From assembly GCA_963712745.1 (NCBI GenBank), contig CAVQJC010000017.1, positions 64,001 through 128,000 on the forward strand: a DNA stretch of 64,000 bases, in the 5' to 3' direction. Below the pieces are notes generated by a model. That model was not told the DNA's origin and did no database searches. It saw only the letters and a program-made list of their open reading frames with translations. Shown piece by piece: positions 29,411-38,717 of the stretch (positions are counted from its first letter, which is position 1; every line of letters starts with the position of its first letter). This DNA is from an uncultured Chloroflexia bacterium (GTDB taxonomy: Bacteria > Chloroflexota > Limnocylindria > Limnocylindrales > CSP1-4). The position numbers and the translations under genes are program-made.

Positions 29411-29830
29411 ATGCGCTTCGACGAACTGCAGGGCTTGACCAGTCTGCCCGCCGAGCATGTCAGGCACCGGTTCCGCAACGAGGAGGTCATCACGGTGTTG
29501 CCCGTGCGGGGCACCGCGGGGCGGCAGTCGCTCCTGGTGGCCACCCCCTTGAAAGCCGCGGTCGTGGTCGGCGACGCTCCCGCGAGCGAGCACTGGATGA
29601 CCTACTGGGCGCCCTGGGACACGGTCCAGATCATCAACGATCAGGCGACCGAGGACGGGTGGTACACGCTGACGCTCCTCATCGGCAGGTTGGCGTTCGA
29701 GGCCCGACTGCCCGGAAGCGAGGGTCGTCGAGCCTTGCGCCAGTTCGTCTTGGCCGTGCGGTCGGGCCAGTCGGCTCTGGCCCCGTTTGACAGGCCTGGT
29801 GATCCGGCTCGGCCCGTTTCGCCTGCCTGA
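29411..29830 (+). CDS. Hypothetical protein
   Basis: GGAGG RBS; globular composition and coding-like codon bias. Confidence 0.6.
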   Translation: MRFDELQGLTSLPAEHVRHRFRNEEVITVLPVRGTAGRQSLLVATPLKAAVVVGDAPASEHWMTYWAPWDTVQIINDQATEDGWYTLTLLIGRLAFEARLPGSEGRRALRQFVLAVRSGQSALAPFDRPGDPARPVSPA

Positions 29831-29908
29831 CACGCGCCAGCGTGCCCGAGACACCGGGCTACTCTGGCTCCAGCCGTGGCGAACGGCACCATAGTGGAGA
29901 GACATGCC

Positions 29909-30571
29909 ATGTCCGACGATGTCGTCTACGTCGATACCTCGCGCGGCGCCGAGCTGTTCGATGAAGCCACGGTGAAGGGCCACTTCTGGACCATCTGCCG
30001 CTACTTCATCAGCGAGAAGTTCCTGACCTACTGCGGCGTCGCAGCCAGTGTCACCGTGCTCAACTCGCTGGCCATCCCTGCCCCCGACGAGCCCCAGATC
30101 TACCCCTACAAGATGTTCACGCAGGACAACATCTTCACCGACGAGGTCCTGCACCTTCGAAGGCCCCTGGACGTCGAGAAGGGCGGCAACACGCTCGAGC
30201 AGCTCGCTAGCGTCCTCGGCGCGCTGCACGTGGGGGTGGACACGTACTTCGGCAGTGACCTGGACGTTGACACCTGCCGTCGGCTCCTGGTCGACACCCT
30301 GATGTCGCCGAACCGGCGCGTCATCGTGGACTTCAACCGCAAGACGCTGGGCCAGAAGGGCAGCGGGCACTTCTCACCGCTGGCTGCCTACCACGAGGGC
30401 GAGGACCGCTTCCTGCTGATGGACGTGGCCCGCTACAAGGCACCGCCCTGCTGGGTCAGTGCGCCGATGCTTCACGCGGCCCTGCAAGGCATCGACACCA
30501 CCTCCGGCAAGAGTCGAGGTTTCCTCGTCGTCACCCGACCGAACCCACCGGGGAGCGCCGTCGAGGCCTAG
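29909..30571 (+). CDS. Phytochelatin synthase family protein (prokaryotic type)
   Basis: YCGVAASVTVLNSL (Cys), GHFSPLAAYH (His), LLMDVARYK (Asp), SRGF. Confidence 0.9.
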   Translation: MSDDVVYVDTSRGAELFDEATVKGHFWTICRYFISEKFLTYCGVAASVTVLNSLAIPAPDEPQIYPYKMFTQDNIFTDEVLHLRRPLDVEKGGNTLEQLASVLGALHVGVDTYFGSDLDVDTCRRLLVDTLMSPNRRVIVDFNRKTLGQKGSGHFSPLAAYHEGEDRFLLMDVARYKAPPCWVSAPMLHAALQGIDTTSGKSRGFLVVTRPNPPGSAVEA

Positions 30572-30779
30572 CACCGAGACACCATGCTGTCCAGGAGGCT
30601 CGACCGCAGCTCGCCCAGACCGGGTGAACGCATCACGCTCTCGTTCGAGCGGGGCAGATGACATCGCCCCCGCCGCCCCTTCATCCGTAAGGGTCTTTCG
30701 ACGGCAGATCCGCTCCAACTGGCCGGACCTCGTCACGGCTCGCTGCGATACAGGTAAGACCACTCGCTAAGGTGGTGCC

Positions 30780-32153
30780 GTGAGCATGCCCGAAGTCGCC
30801 GTCATCCCGACCCCGGGCCTCGGCAACAGCACGTACCTGGTCGCTGTCGGCGACAGCGCCGTGGCCATCGACGTTCCCCGCGACGCCTGGCGCATCGGCG
30901 AGGCTGCAGCCCGGCGCGGCTGGCGCATCACGCACGCGCTCGAGACGCACGTCCACAACGACTACCTCTCTGGCGCACGCGAGCTTGCCTCCACGCACGA
31001 CGCGCGAATCGTGGCCCCCGGCCGGGGCGGCTATGGCTTCTCGTACCAGGCCGCCGATGACGGCTACGAGGTCGACCTCGTCGGTGCGGGCCTGGTCGCC
31101 CGCGCCACGCCCGGACATACGCCCGAGCACATCAGCTGGGAGCTCCAGGATGGTGACGGCACCCCCACGGCGCTGTTCTCGGGTGGCTCGCTGCTCATCG
31201 GTGGGGTGGGCCGGACGGACCTGCTGGGACGTGCGCGTACGGCTGAGATGACCGAGGCCCAGTTCCGCACGATGCGCCGGCTCGCGGAGCTGCCCGACGA
31301 TGTCGTGGTGCACCCGACCCACGGTGCCGGTTCGTTCTGCGTGGCGGGCGACGTGGACATCGGCGGCCTGGCCACGATCGGCGCGCTCCGGCGCTGGAAC
31401 CCGGCTTTCGCGGCCGAGGACCTGGCCTCATTCGACCGCGAGTTGGCCGCCGGCCGCACCCTCTACCCCACCTACTACCGGCGCATGGCTCCGCTCAACC
31501 GTCGTGGCCCACGACTCCTCGAGCGCCCTCCGGCCCCACGCGCGATGACGACGCAGCAGTTCGCCGAGGTTCGTGCAGCCGGTGCCTGGATCGTCGATGC
31601 CCGCGATCGCTGGGCCTTCGCCGAACTCCACGTCAAAGGCGCCTGGAACATCGAGGCCGGCGATTCGTTCGCCGCCTACGCCGGCTGGCTCCTGCCCTTC
31701 GACGCGCCGATCTGTCTCATCGTGGACGACCCGGCACAGGAGGTCGAGGTCCGCGAGGAGTTGCTGCGGATCGGCTTCGACCATGTCATCGGCCATCTCG
31801 GTGGAGGGATGGACGCGTGGGTGGCGGTGGGCGGCGAGACCAGTCGGTACGCCACCGCGAGCTGGGAGGATCTTCGCACCGCGGACGGGGAGAGGATCCT
31901 GGACGTGCGCCAGCCGTACGAGTGGGCGGAAGGCGCGATCCCCGGCAGCGAACTGGTGTTCGTGGCCGACCTGCCGGGCGCCATCCCCCGCCTTGACGAC
32001 GGGTCGCGCTACCTTGTCGCCTGCCGCACGGGGGTCAGGGCGGCCATCGCCGCGAGCCTGCTGGATGCGGCCGGCATCGCTGTTCGCCCTGTCGTGGACG
32101 GCGGCGTCCCCGCACTTCCGGCGACCGAGCTGGAGCCGATGCGCGGGTCGTGA
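30780..32153 (+). CDS. MBL-fold persulfide dioxygenase-rhodanese fusion (CstB-like)
   Basis: ETHVHNDY, TPGHTPEH, PTHGAGSFC, two rhodanese domains with ACRTGVRA. Confidence 0.88.
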   Translation: MSMPEVAVIPTPGLGNSTYLVAVGDSAVAIDVPRDAWRIGEAAARRGWRITHALETHVHNDYLSGARELASTHDARIVAPGRGGYGFSYQAADDGYEVDLVGAGLVARATPGHTPEHISWELQDGDGTPTALFSGGSLLIGGVGRTDLLGRARTAEMTEAQFRTMRRLAELPDDVVVHPTHGAGSFCVAGDVDIGGLATIGALRRWNPAFAAEDLASFDRELAAGRTLYPTYYRRMAPLNRRGPRLLERPPAPRAMTTQQFAEVRAAGAWIVDARDRWAFAELHVKGAWNIEAGDSFAAYAGWLLPFDAPICLIVDDPAQEVEVREELLRIGFDHVIGHLGGGMDAWVAVGGETSRYATASWEDLRTADGERILDVRQPYEWAEGAIPGSELVFVADLPGAIPRLDDGSRYLVACRTGVRAAIAASLLDAAGIAVRPVVDGGVPALPATELEPMRGS

Positions 32154-32187
32154 CCCACCGGTAGCGCCCTGGTCCGGGCAGGATCAG

Positions 32188-32535
32188 TCAGCGATAGCGG
32201 CCGAACTCACTGATGTCGAGCCTATAGCCGGCTCCGTCGGTGATGATCAGACGGCCCTGGCCTGAGTGATAGGTCAGGCTGTCGAGGTCTACCTCGGGTG
32301 GCGCGATGAGCAGGACTTCGTTGCCGGTAGCCAGCGAGAAGAGGCGAGTTCGCGAGTCCGGCCGCTGCTCGAAGTTCCCGATCGCGTTGGCGACCCAGGC
32401 GTGGCCCTCCACCCGTATCAGCGAGTCGTTGACCGCGGTGACCCTGCCGATGAAGTGCCGGCGCTCATCCTCGGCGAACGCACGCCGCGTGATGACTATG
32501 ACGCCCTCTCCGATCGAGATGGTGGCGGGGGTCAT
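32188..32535 (-). CDS. Conserved hypothetical protein
   Basis: AGGAGG RBS; ITRRAF..RRHFIGRV..LDISEFG. Confidence 0.7.
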   Translation of the reverse strand: MTPATISIGEGVIVITRRAFAEDERRHFIGRVTAVNDSLIRVEGHAWVANAIGNFEQRPDSRTRLFSLATGNEVLLIAPPEVDLDSLTYHSGQGRLIITDGAGYRLDISEFGRYR

Positions 32536-32809
32536 GTCTTGAGCCCTCCTTGTCGGTCACCGGCGTCGCGGGTGATGCCACTCCTGGAACGTGCCCTCGC
32601 GACCGAGCTTGGCGCCAGTATCGACGACTGCGACGCAGGCCACATCGCCCGTTCAGCCACCTTCACCGGGCCACCGACGGCGCTATCTCTCGCGCCAGCG
32701 GCGGATGCGCTGGGGCCGGCACCGGGAACGCGCTCGATCTCACATCGGGGCCTCGAGGGCGACCTTGGTGCAGTAGCAGCGGTTCGCAGTGCGGTAGTCA
32801 TCGACTCGT

Positions 32810-32836
32810 TACAAACAATGTACAAACTATGGACAT
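32810..32836. promoter_or_regulatory. 11-bp direct repeats upstream of htrA
   Basis: tacaaacaatg / tacaaactatg / gacat in an AT-rich patch. Confidence 0.5.
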
Positions 32837-32873
32837 TAATCCCGAACCCTGCAACAGGAAGGTCATACCTACC

Positions 32874-34158
32874 ATGCCTCGCTCCACGTCGCTCATCGCT
32901 ACGGCCTCGGTCACAGTGGCGATCGCGGTCGCCGTCGGCCGGCCTCGGCCCGGCCGTCATCGCCCAGCAAGCCCCCCGCTTCGACGAATCAGGTGCGCTG
33001 CTGGCCAACGAACTCAACACCATCGAGGTCGTCGACCGCTTCGGCGACAGCGTGGTCGCCGTCAGTGTCTCGATCAGCGGCGAGGCCAGTTCGCCCTTCG
33101 CCGGGCTGCCCGACAGCCAGGTCCCCGACGACTACCGCCGTTTCCGCGAGTTCTTCGGCGAGGACGCGCCGGTCCAGCAGTCCTCCGGCAGCGGCTTCCT
33201 CATCGCCTTCGAGGACGACCCGTACCTGGTCACCAACTTCCACGTCGTGGAGGCCGCACTGGAACCGCAGACCTCCGACTTCCGTGACGGTGCAGGGATC
33301 AGCGTCACCTTCCCGGCCGACGTCGACGAGCCGGTGGACGTCGACGTGGTCGGCGTGAACCCGTCGTTCGACTTGGCTCTTCTGCGGCTGAGCGACGACT
33401 CCGAGCTGCCCGCCGCCCAACCGCTGACGATCGCTGATTCCGACGGGGTCGAGGTGGGCCAGAAGGCCATCGCCATCGGCAATCCCTTCGGCCTTGAGTC
33501 GACCGTGACCAGCGGCATCGTCAGCGCTCTTGGGCGCTTCGTGCCCACCATCGGTGACGTGCCGGTGCCTATGATCCAGACCGACGCCGCCATCAACCCC
33601 GGCAACTCGGGTGGCCCGCTGCTCGACTCCCGCGGCCAGCTCATCGGCATCAACACCGCGCTCATCAACCCCCAGGGCCGCTCGTTCGCGGGTCTCGGCT
33701 TCGCGGTTCCGAGCAACCTGCTCGTCGAGTCACTGGGCAACCTGGAGCTCGGCGGTGTGACCGACATCGCCAGCACCCGGCCGCGCCTGGGTATCGCCGC
33801 GCAGGCGCTGGACCTGGTGCCCTTCGCGGTGCGTGAGCGGCTCGATCTGCCCGAGGCGGGCGTCGCCGTCATCGAGGTCCAGCCGGGAAGCGTCGCCGAT
33901 CAGGCCGGACTCCGCGGCAGCGACGAGACCATCACCCTCGAGGACGGGCTCGAGATCCCGGCTCCGGGCGACATCATCGTGGCTATCGACGGTGAGCCGG
34001 TGGACTCGGTCGAGGACATCACCCAGAAGGTGACCTACGGCTCCGAGGCCGGTGACGAGCTTCGCTTCAACCTCGTGCGCGATGGGCGTGAGGTCGATCT
34101 CGATATCCTGCTGGAGGTGTCACCGAGCAACGCGGTGGTCCCGGCCGACGTGGGCTAG
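32874..34158 (+). CDS. htrA: HtrA/DegP-family serine protease with PDZ domain (+1 frameshift near 32938 in the signal peptide, probably an error)
   Basis: SGSGF, TNFHVV, DLALL, IGNPFG, QTDAAINPGNSGGPL, PDZ GDIIVAIDG; ATG 32874 with a signal peptide is out of frame by one base. Confidence 0.88.
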
Positions 34159-34248
34159 CAGCATCGGCGGCGCCGTCGGCACCGGTGTCGCCGCGGGCGT
34201 GCGGGCGTCACCGCAGGGGCGTGTGTGTCGCCGCAGGTGGGCGTCCGC

Positions 34249-35877
34249 TCAGGGCATCCGGGCTGTGGCAGCGGTCCCGCCCGGAGGCAACCCGCAGCCG
34301 AGGTCCGTCTCCGGCTCGACACCATCGATGAGGAACGCCTCGATCGCGGCCGCCGCGCACCCGTCGACGAGATAGGCCGGACCGTCCGCGGTCGTCCCAT
34401 CGAAGCCCACGGCCACGCGAGAGCCCAGACGATCCGCAAGCGCCAGCGTCCATGGATTGCTATCGGTGCCCGGTTCGGCGCTGCCGATGACCATGGTGGC
34501 CGGACGAACCGGCGCCGGCGTGTCGTCCCCCGCTGCCGGACCCATCTCTTGGAGTGCCAGCGGCAGTCGTTCGTCCATCGGCGCATCGAGGACCATGGCA
34601 CCCACGTGCTCGGGGAAGAGCGTGGCGTACAGCGCGCCCACGGTCGCGCCGAAGGCCGTGCCGTAGTAGTCGATGACGTCGGCCTCGAGCACGCGGCGCA
34701 CGATGTCCAGGTCTCGCGCGAGGTCCGCGTAGGCGGCAGCCTCGCTCCTCTTCGCCCGACGCGGGTCGAAGGCCACCAGGTCGTAGTGCGCGAGCAGACG
34801 CTCGCTGGCGGCGGTCGCCACGCGTCCCATGAGTTCGCTCGCGGGACGGCCGAGTCCGTCGGGGCCGATGACGAGCGTGCCCTCGCGTTCGCCGCTGGCG
34901 CGGATGCGGTAGAGGCGGACGGCCTCCTTCCCGCTCGCCGGCGCGTCATGGTCGGGCGGCACCCGGATGGTGGCGCACTCGAGACCATCACACGAGGTCC
35001 ACTCGGGTGTCTGTTCCAGGAACCGGGCAAGCGGGTCGACCGGGTCCTTGCGCTTCGGTGCGGCCACCTCGGCTCGTCCGCCTGTGAGGCGCGGGGGTTT
35101 GGCCTTCTTGCCGTAGCCGGGCAGGCGCGGTGGCGGGCACTCCACCTTTGCCTCCGTGCCGCGCTTGCCGGCAAGGAGGCCCTCGAGCGTGGCGAAGCGG
35201 TATCCATCGCACGCGTAGCGGGCGATGACGATGGGCAGGATGCGTGGCGTCACGGCCGGGCCGCAGTGCATCAGGATGATCGAGCCCGGGCGGCCGGACA
35301 GGGCGCGCGCGGCGATGCCGCGGTCGGTGGCGCGCGGCGAAGTGTCGGCGGCTGATACGTCCCAGTTGACCACGCGGTAGCCCAGCTGCTCCGCGACCCG
35401 CAGCACGCGTTCGTCGTAGGCCCCGAAGGTCGGGCGCAGGATGCGCGTCATGGGCACGCCGGTGACGCCCTCGATCTTCCGCTGGTTGGTCAGCAGCTCC
35501 TTCCGGATCTGCCGGGCGGACATGCCCACCAGCGACGGGTGGTGCATGGTGTGGTTGGCGATGGGGAAGCGCTTGCCGATGCTGCGCCAGACCTCGGGAG
35601 CGTTGACCACGTAGACGCCGTTGGGGAACCAGGTCGCGGGCACCCCATACGAGGTCAGGATGTCGGCGATCTCGAGGCAGCGCTGGGCGGCGTAGCCGTC
35701 GTCGAAGGTGAGCGCCACCGTCCGATGCTCGTCAGGGCCGCGGTCGATGACCCCGCTTGCCGCATCGGCTTTCGGTGCGCCCAACGCCCCGAGCAGCAGC
35801 GCGGTGACCAGGCCGACCAGCAGCGGTGCCAGGGCCAGGGGTCGAGCCGCAGGGGAGAACTCGCGTTTCATGCCCAT
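34249..35877 (-). CDS. Secreted NodB-type polysaccharide deacetylase fused to a degenerate TAP-like alpha/beta hydrolase
   Basis: ALTFDDG, NHTMHH, RPTFG, IILMH; then ECATIRVP.D, YDLVAFDPR, ARDLD, YATLFP..VGAMVLD. Confidence 0.8.
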   Translation of the reverse strand: MGMKREFSPAARPLALAPLLVGLVTALLLGALGAPKADAASGVIDRGPDEHRTVALTFDDGYAAQRCLEIADILTSYGVPATWFPNGVYVVNAPEVWRSIGKRFPIANHTMHHPSLVGMSARQIRKELLTNQRKIEGVTGVPMTRILRPTFGAYDERVLRVAEQLGYRVVNWDVSAADTSPRATDRGIAARALSGRPGSIILMHCGPAVTPRILPIVIARYACDGYRFATLEGLLAGKRGTEAKVECPPPRLPGYGKKAKPPRLTGGRAEVAAPKRKDPVDPLARFLEQTPEWTSCDGLECATIRVPPDHDAPASGKEAVRLYRIRASGEREGTLVIGPDGLGRPASELMGRVATAASERLLAHYDLVAFDPRRAKRSEAAAYADLARDLDIVRRVLEADVIDYYGTAFGATVGALYATLFPEHVGAMVLDAPMDERLPLALQEMGPAAGDDTPAPVRPATMVIGSAEPGTDSNPWTLALADRLGSRVAVGFDGTTADGPAYLVDGCAAAAIEAFLIDGVEPETDLGCGLPPGGTAATARMP

Positions 35878-36154
35878 CGAGCGACCGGTTCCGTTCTCTC
35901 GGTTCAAGATACGGCTCGACCATAGCACCGGCCGGCACACCGGGCCGCGAGTCAGGCGAACGTAGCGTCAGCGGCCGACGACCGAGCCCACGTTCAGTCT
36001 GTCTCGCGAGGTGCGACGCGTGCGCCAGGTGCAACAGTCCGACCGGTCCGACGGGACGGAAGTCGTGGTTCGCTTGATTTCGTGCGCGCGATGCATGGGG
36101 GCGTCGCTGTCGTGCGCAGGATGCAAAGCGTCGGCAGCGTCGATTCTCCGAACG

Positions 36155-36276
36155 TCGCGCTCATGCATGACATGCACGAACCCCCGATTCGCGCTCATGC
36201 ATGACATGCACGAACCCCCGATTCGCGCTCATGCATGACATGCACGAAGCCCCGATACGTGCACGAAGCCCCGATT
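36155..36276. repeat. 34-bp tandem repeat x3 plus a partial copy
   Basis: tcgcgctcatgcatgacatgcacgaacccccgat at 36155, 36189 and 36223; contains the palindrome tcatgcatga; no spacers. Confidence 0.9.
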
Positions 36277-36325
36277 GGGTTGCTCGCTTGCTCCCATAGC
36301 CACCGATGGCACCACCTCCTGGGCC

Positions 36326-36928
36326 TCAGACCCCGGAACGGACGTCTGCCAGCGCCTCCGGGACGAACGAGATGTCGCGGAAGGTAGCCTCACAGCCTTC
36401 GCCGGTGGGCGACTGGGCCAGGAAGCCGACCTCCACGGGCCCGATCTCGCCCAGGCCGAAGTAGCGGACCATGTCCCAGCCATGGCCATCGGCCGAGTAG
36501 TGGAAGGCGAAAGCCCGCCCCAGCCGCGAGACGCGGAGCCAGACCGAGTCGCCCACGATGGGCACGGAGTTGCAGTCATCCGACTCACCCCGTGTCACCA
36601 CCGAGACGACCATCACTCGGCCGTCCGGCGCCAGCTCCAGGCACAGCTTGGCCCACGTCCGCTCATCGGCATGGACTACCAGCACGGCTGCGTCGAACGT
36701 CGCCGCGTGCGCCGCCGACACCCGGGCGCGCAGCATCCACGGGTCCTCGACCGGCATCACCAGTGCGGGCGCGTTGCCGACCACGGTCTCACCGGCGGGA
36801 TCGATGAACCAGTCGGTCTTCTCGCCCGCCGTCAGCGAGAGAGCATCTTCGCTGACCGTCCAGCTCTCGGCCGCGTTGATCGCCCGAAGCAGCGCCGGCA
36901 GCGCCGGCACCTCGACGAGGGCGCTCAT
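36326..36928 (-). CDS. DUF1349 domain protein
   Basis: KTDWFIDP, TFDA, WAKLCLE, VSVVTRGESDDCNS, FLAQSPTGEG. Confidence 0.88.
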   Translation of the reverse strand: MSALVEVPALPALLRAINAAESWTVSEDALSLTAGEKTDWFIDPAGETVVGNAPALVMPVEDPWMLRARVSAAHAATFDAAVLVVHADERTWAKLCLELAPDGRVMVVSVVTRGESDDCNSVPIVGDSVWLRVSRLGRAFAFHYSADGHGWDMVRYFGLGEIGPVEVGFLAQSPTGEGCEATFRDISFVPEALADVRSGV

Positions 36929-37686
36929 GCCTCGCGGATGTTGTTGGCCAGCCGACCCGTGTTGGCGAGCTCTGCGAGGAAGTGGTTGTCGTGGATCTGC
37001 TGCCACTCCGGCAGAAGCCCAGCCTTGCCGACCTCGGTCGGTTCGTGGCTGTAGCCGGAGTTCTCGCGGATGACCAGCGGGGTGCGGGCATCGCGCGGGC
37101 AGCCGAAGCCGTGCAGGTGCTTGCGCGGCATGAGGAACTTGGGGTCGCCCTTCTTCAGGCGTTGATAGGACGTCAGCAGCTCCCAACTGCCCTCTCGGCC
37201 CTTCGGCAAGACGATGTCGGCGGGCCACGCATCACCCTTCGGCATCGATGTGCGCTGCACGGTCTGCTCGGCCACGATGCCGAGGTCGGGGAAGTCGATG
37301 ACCTCCGGTGCGTAGAAGACGTCCATCTCCCCCAGCACGACCTCGTAGTACTCGGTCTTGCGCCAGTGGAAGTGCGCCGAACAGAACTTCCCGGGGTGAA
37401 CGATCATCAGCTTGTCGCAGAGTCCGCCGAACTCGGCCCAGCCCATCGCGTCCTTGGGCAGGCCATCGACTGCAGGCTCGTTCATCGACTCGAAGATGGC
37501 GAAGACCTCGTATGGCTCACGTGACCACATGCCGTTGACGAAGGCCTGGTACTGGTCGTCGCCAAGGATCAGGCCCGTGCTGTCGTTGATCATCGAATCC
37601 TGCACTGGGTAGCCGCAGGCGATGGCCAGCGAGGCGGCCTCGTAGATCCAGTCGTCGTATTCCCGACGTGTGACGTAGTCGCGCAT
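36925..37686 (-). CDS. D-lyxose/D-mannose isomerase-like cupin
   Basis: LCDKLMIVHPGKFCSAHFHWRKTE..HLHGF..E.S..DNHF. Confidence 0.65.
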   Translation of the reverse strand: MRDYVTRREYDDWIYEAASLAIACGYPVQDSMINDSTGLILGDDQYQAFVNGMWSREPYEVFAIFESMNEPAVDGLPKDAMGWAEFGGLCDKLMIVHPGKFCSAHFHWRKTEYYEVVLGEMDVFYAPEVIDFPDLGIVAEQTVQRTSMPKGDAWPADIVLPKGREGSWELLTSYQRLKKGDPKFLMPRKHLHGFGCPRDARTPLVIRENSGYSHEPTEVGKAGLLPEWQQIHDNHFLAELANTGRLANNIREA

Positions 37687-37721
37687 GTCCCACTCCCTTC
37701 TGGCCCCTTCGCGGGCGCCGG

Positions 37722-38717
37722 CTAGGTCAAGAGGCCGCCCATGTAGCGGCGGCGCAGGGCGTCGAGGCCCAGCGCGATGACGATGATCGAACCGACGGCG
37801 ATGTACTGCCAGTACGCGCCGACGTTGTACATGTTCAGCGAGTTGCTGATGAGGGTGAAGAAGAGCGCGCCCGTGAACGTGCCCAGCAGCGTGCCCGAGC
37901 CACCGCGCAGGCTGGTGCCGCCGACCACGGCCGCGGCGATGACGCGCAGCTCGTAGCCCTGCGCCATGATCGCGTTGGCCGACGAGAGGTAGCCGGTGAG
38001 CACGATGGCGGCGATACCGATGCAGATGCCCAGCAGGGCGAAGGCGAAGATGCGGACGCGGTCGACGCGCAGGCCACCGATGCGGCCCGCAGTCTCGTTG
38101 CTGCCGACTGCGCGGATGTTGCGCCCGTAGGTCGTACGGCTCATGACCAGGTGCAGGCCCAGGTACGTCAGCACCATGAGGACGAAGGGGATGGGCAGCT
38201 CGAGGACGTCACCAGTGCCCAGCTGGCGGAAGCCCTTGTCACTGACGCCCACCACCTGGCCGCTGGTGATGATGAAGGCGATGGCCAGGTAGATGTTCAT
38301 CATGCCCAGCGTCGCGATGAAGGCAGGGATCTTGAGCTTGGTCACGACGATGCCGTTGATCACGCCCAGCAGTCCGCCGAGTGCGAGCGCCACCAGGATG
38401 ACGCCCAAGATGCCGATGTCCGGAAGCAGCATGGCGATGACCACGCCGCACAGGCCGAGCATGCCCGCGACGGAGAGGTCGAAGGCGCCGTTGATGATGA
38501 CGATGGTCATGCCCGCCGCACCGATGCCGATGAAGGAGGCCTGCAGCAGGACCGAGAGGATGTTGTTGACCGAGCGGGCGTTCTCGTTGGTGGCGAAGAC
38601 GACGATGACCGCGGCCAGCAGCAGGTACTGGATGGTGTAGCGCGCCAGGCTCCGCTTGAACCACTGCACAGCCGTGCCCGAACCGCCCTGGGTCACCGGA
38701 GGTGCGGCCGCGCTCAC
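37722..38717 (-). CDS. Sugar ABC transporter permease (RbsC-like)
   Basis: GAFDLSV, IPAFIATLG, YGRNIRAVGSN, GYELRVIAAAVVGG. Confidence 0.93.
   Translation of the reverse strand: MSAAAPPVTQGGSGTAVQWFKRSLARYTIQYLLLAAVIVVFATNENARSVNNILSVLLQASFIGIGAAGMTIVIINGAFDLSVAGMLGLCGVVIAMLLPDIGILGVILVALALGGLLGVINGIVVTKLKIPAFIATLGMMNIYLAIAFIITSGQVVGVSDKGFRQLGTGDVLELPIPFVLMVLTYLGLHLVMSRTTYGRNIRAVGSNETAGRIGGLRVDRVRIFAFALLGICIGIAAIVLTGYLSSANAIMAQGYELRVIAAAVVGGTSLRGGSGTLLGTFTGALFFTLISNSLNMYNVGAYWQYIAVGSIIVIALGLDALRRRYMGGLLT

Noticed and set aside
1-30000. Intact prophage or classical integron
   Set aside because: No terminase, capsid, tail, integrase or canonical attC (RYYYAAC..GTTRRRY) was recognised
36155-36276. 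Possible CRISPR array (34-bp repeats)
   Set aside because: The repeats are contiguous with no unique spacers, and no cas genes are present
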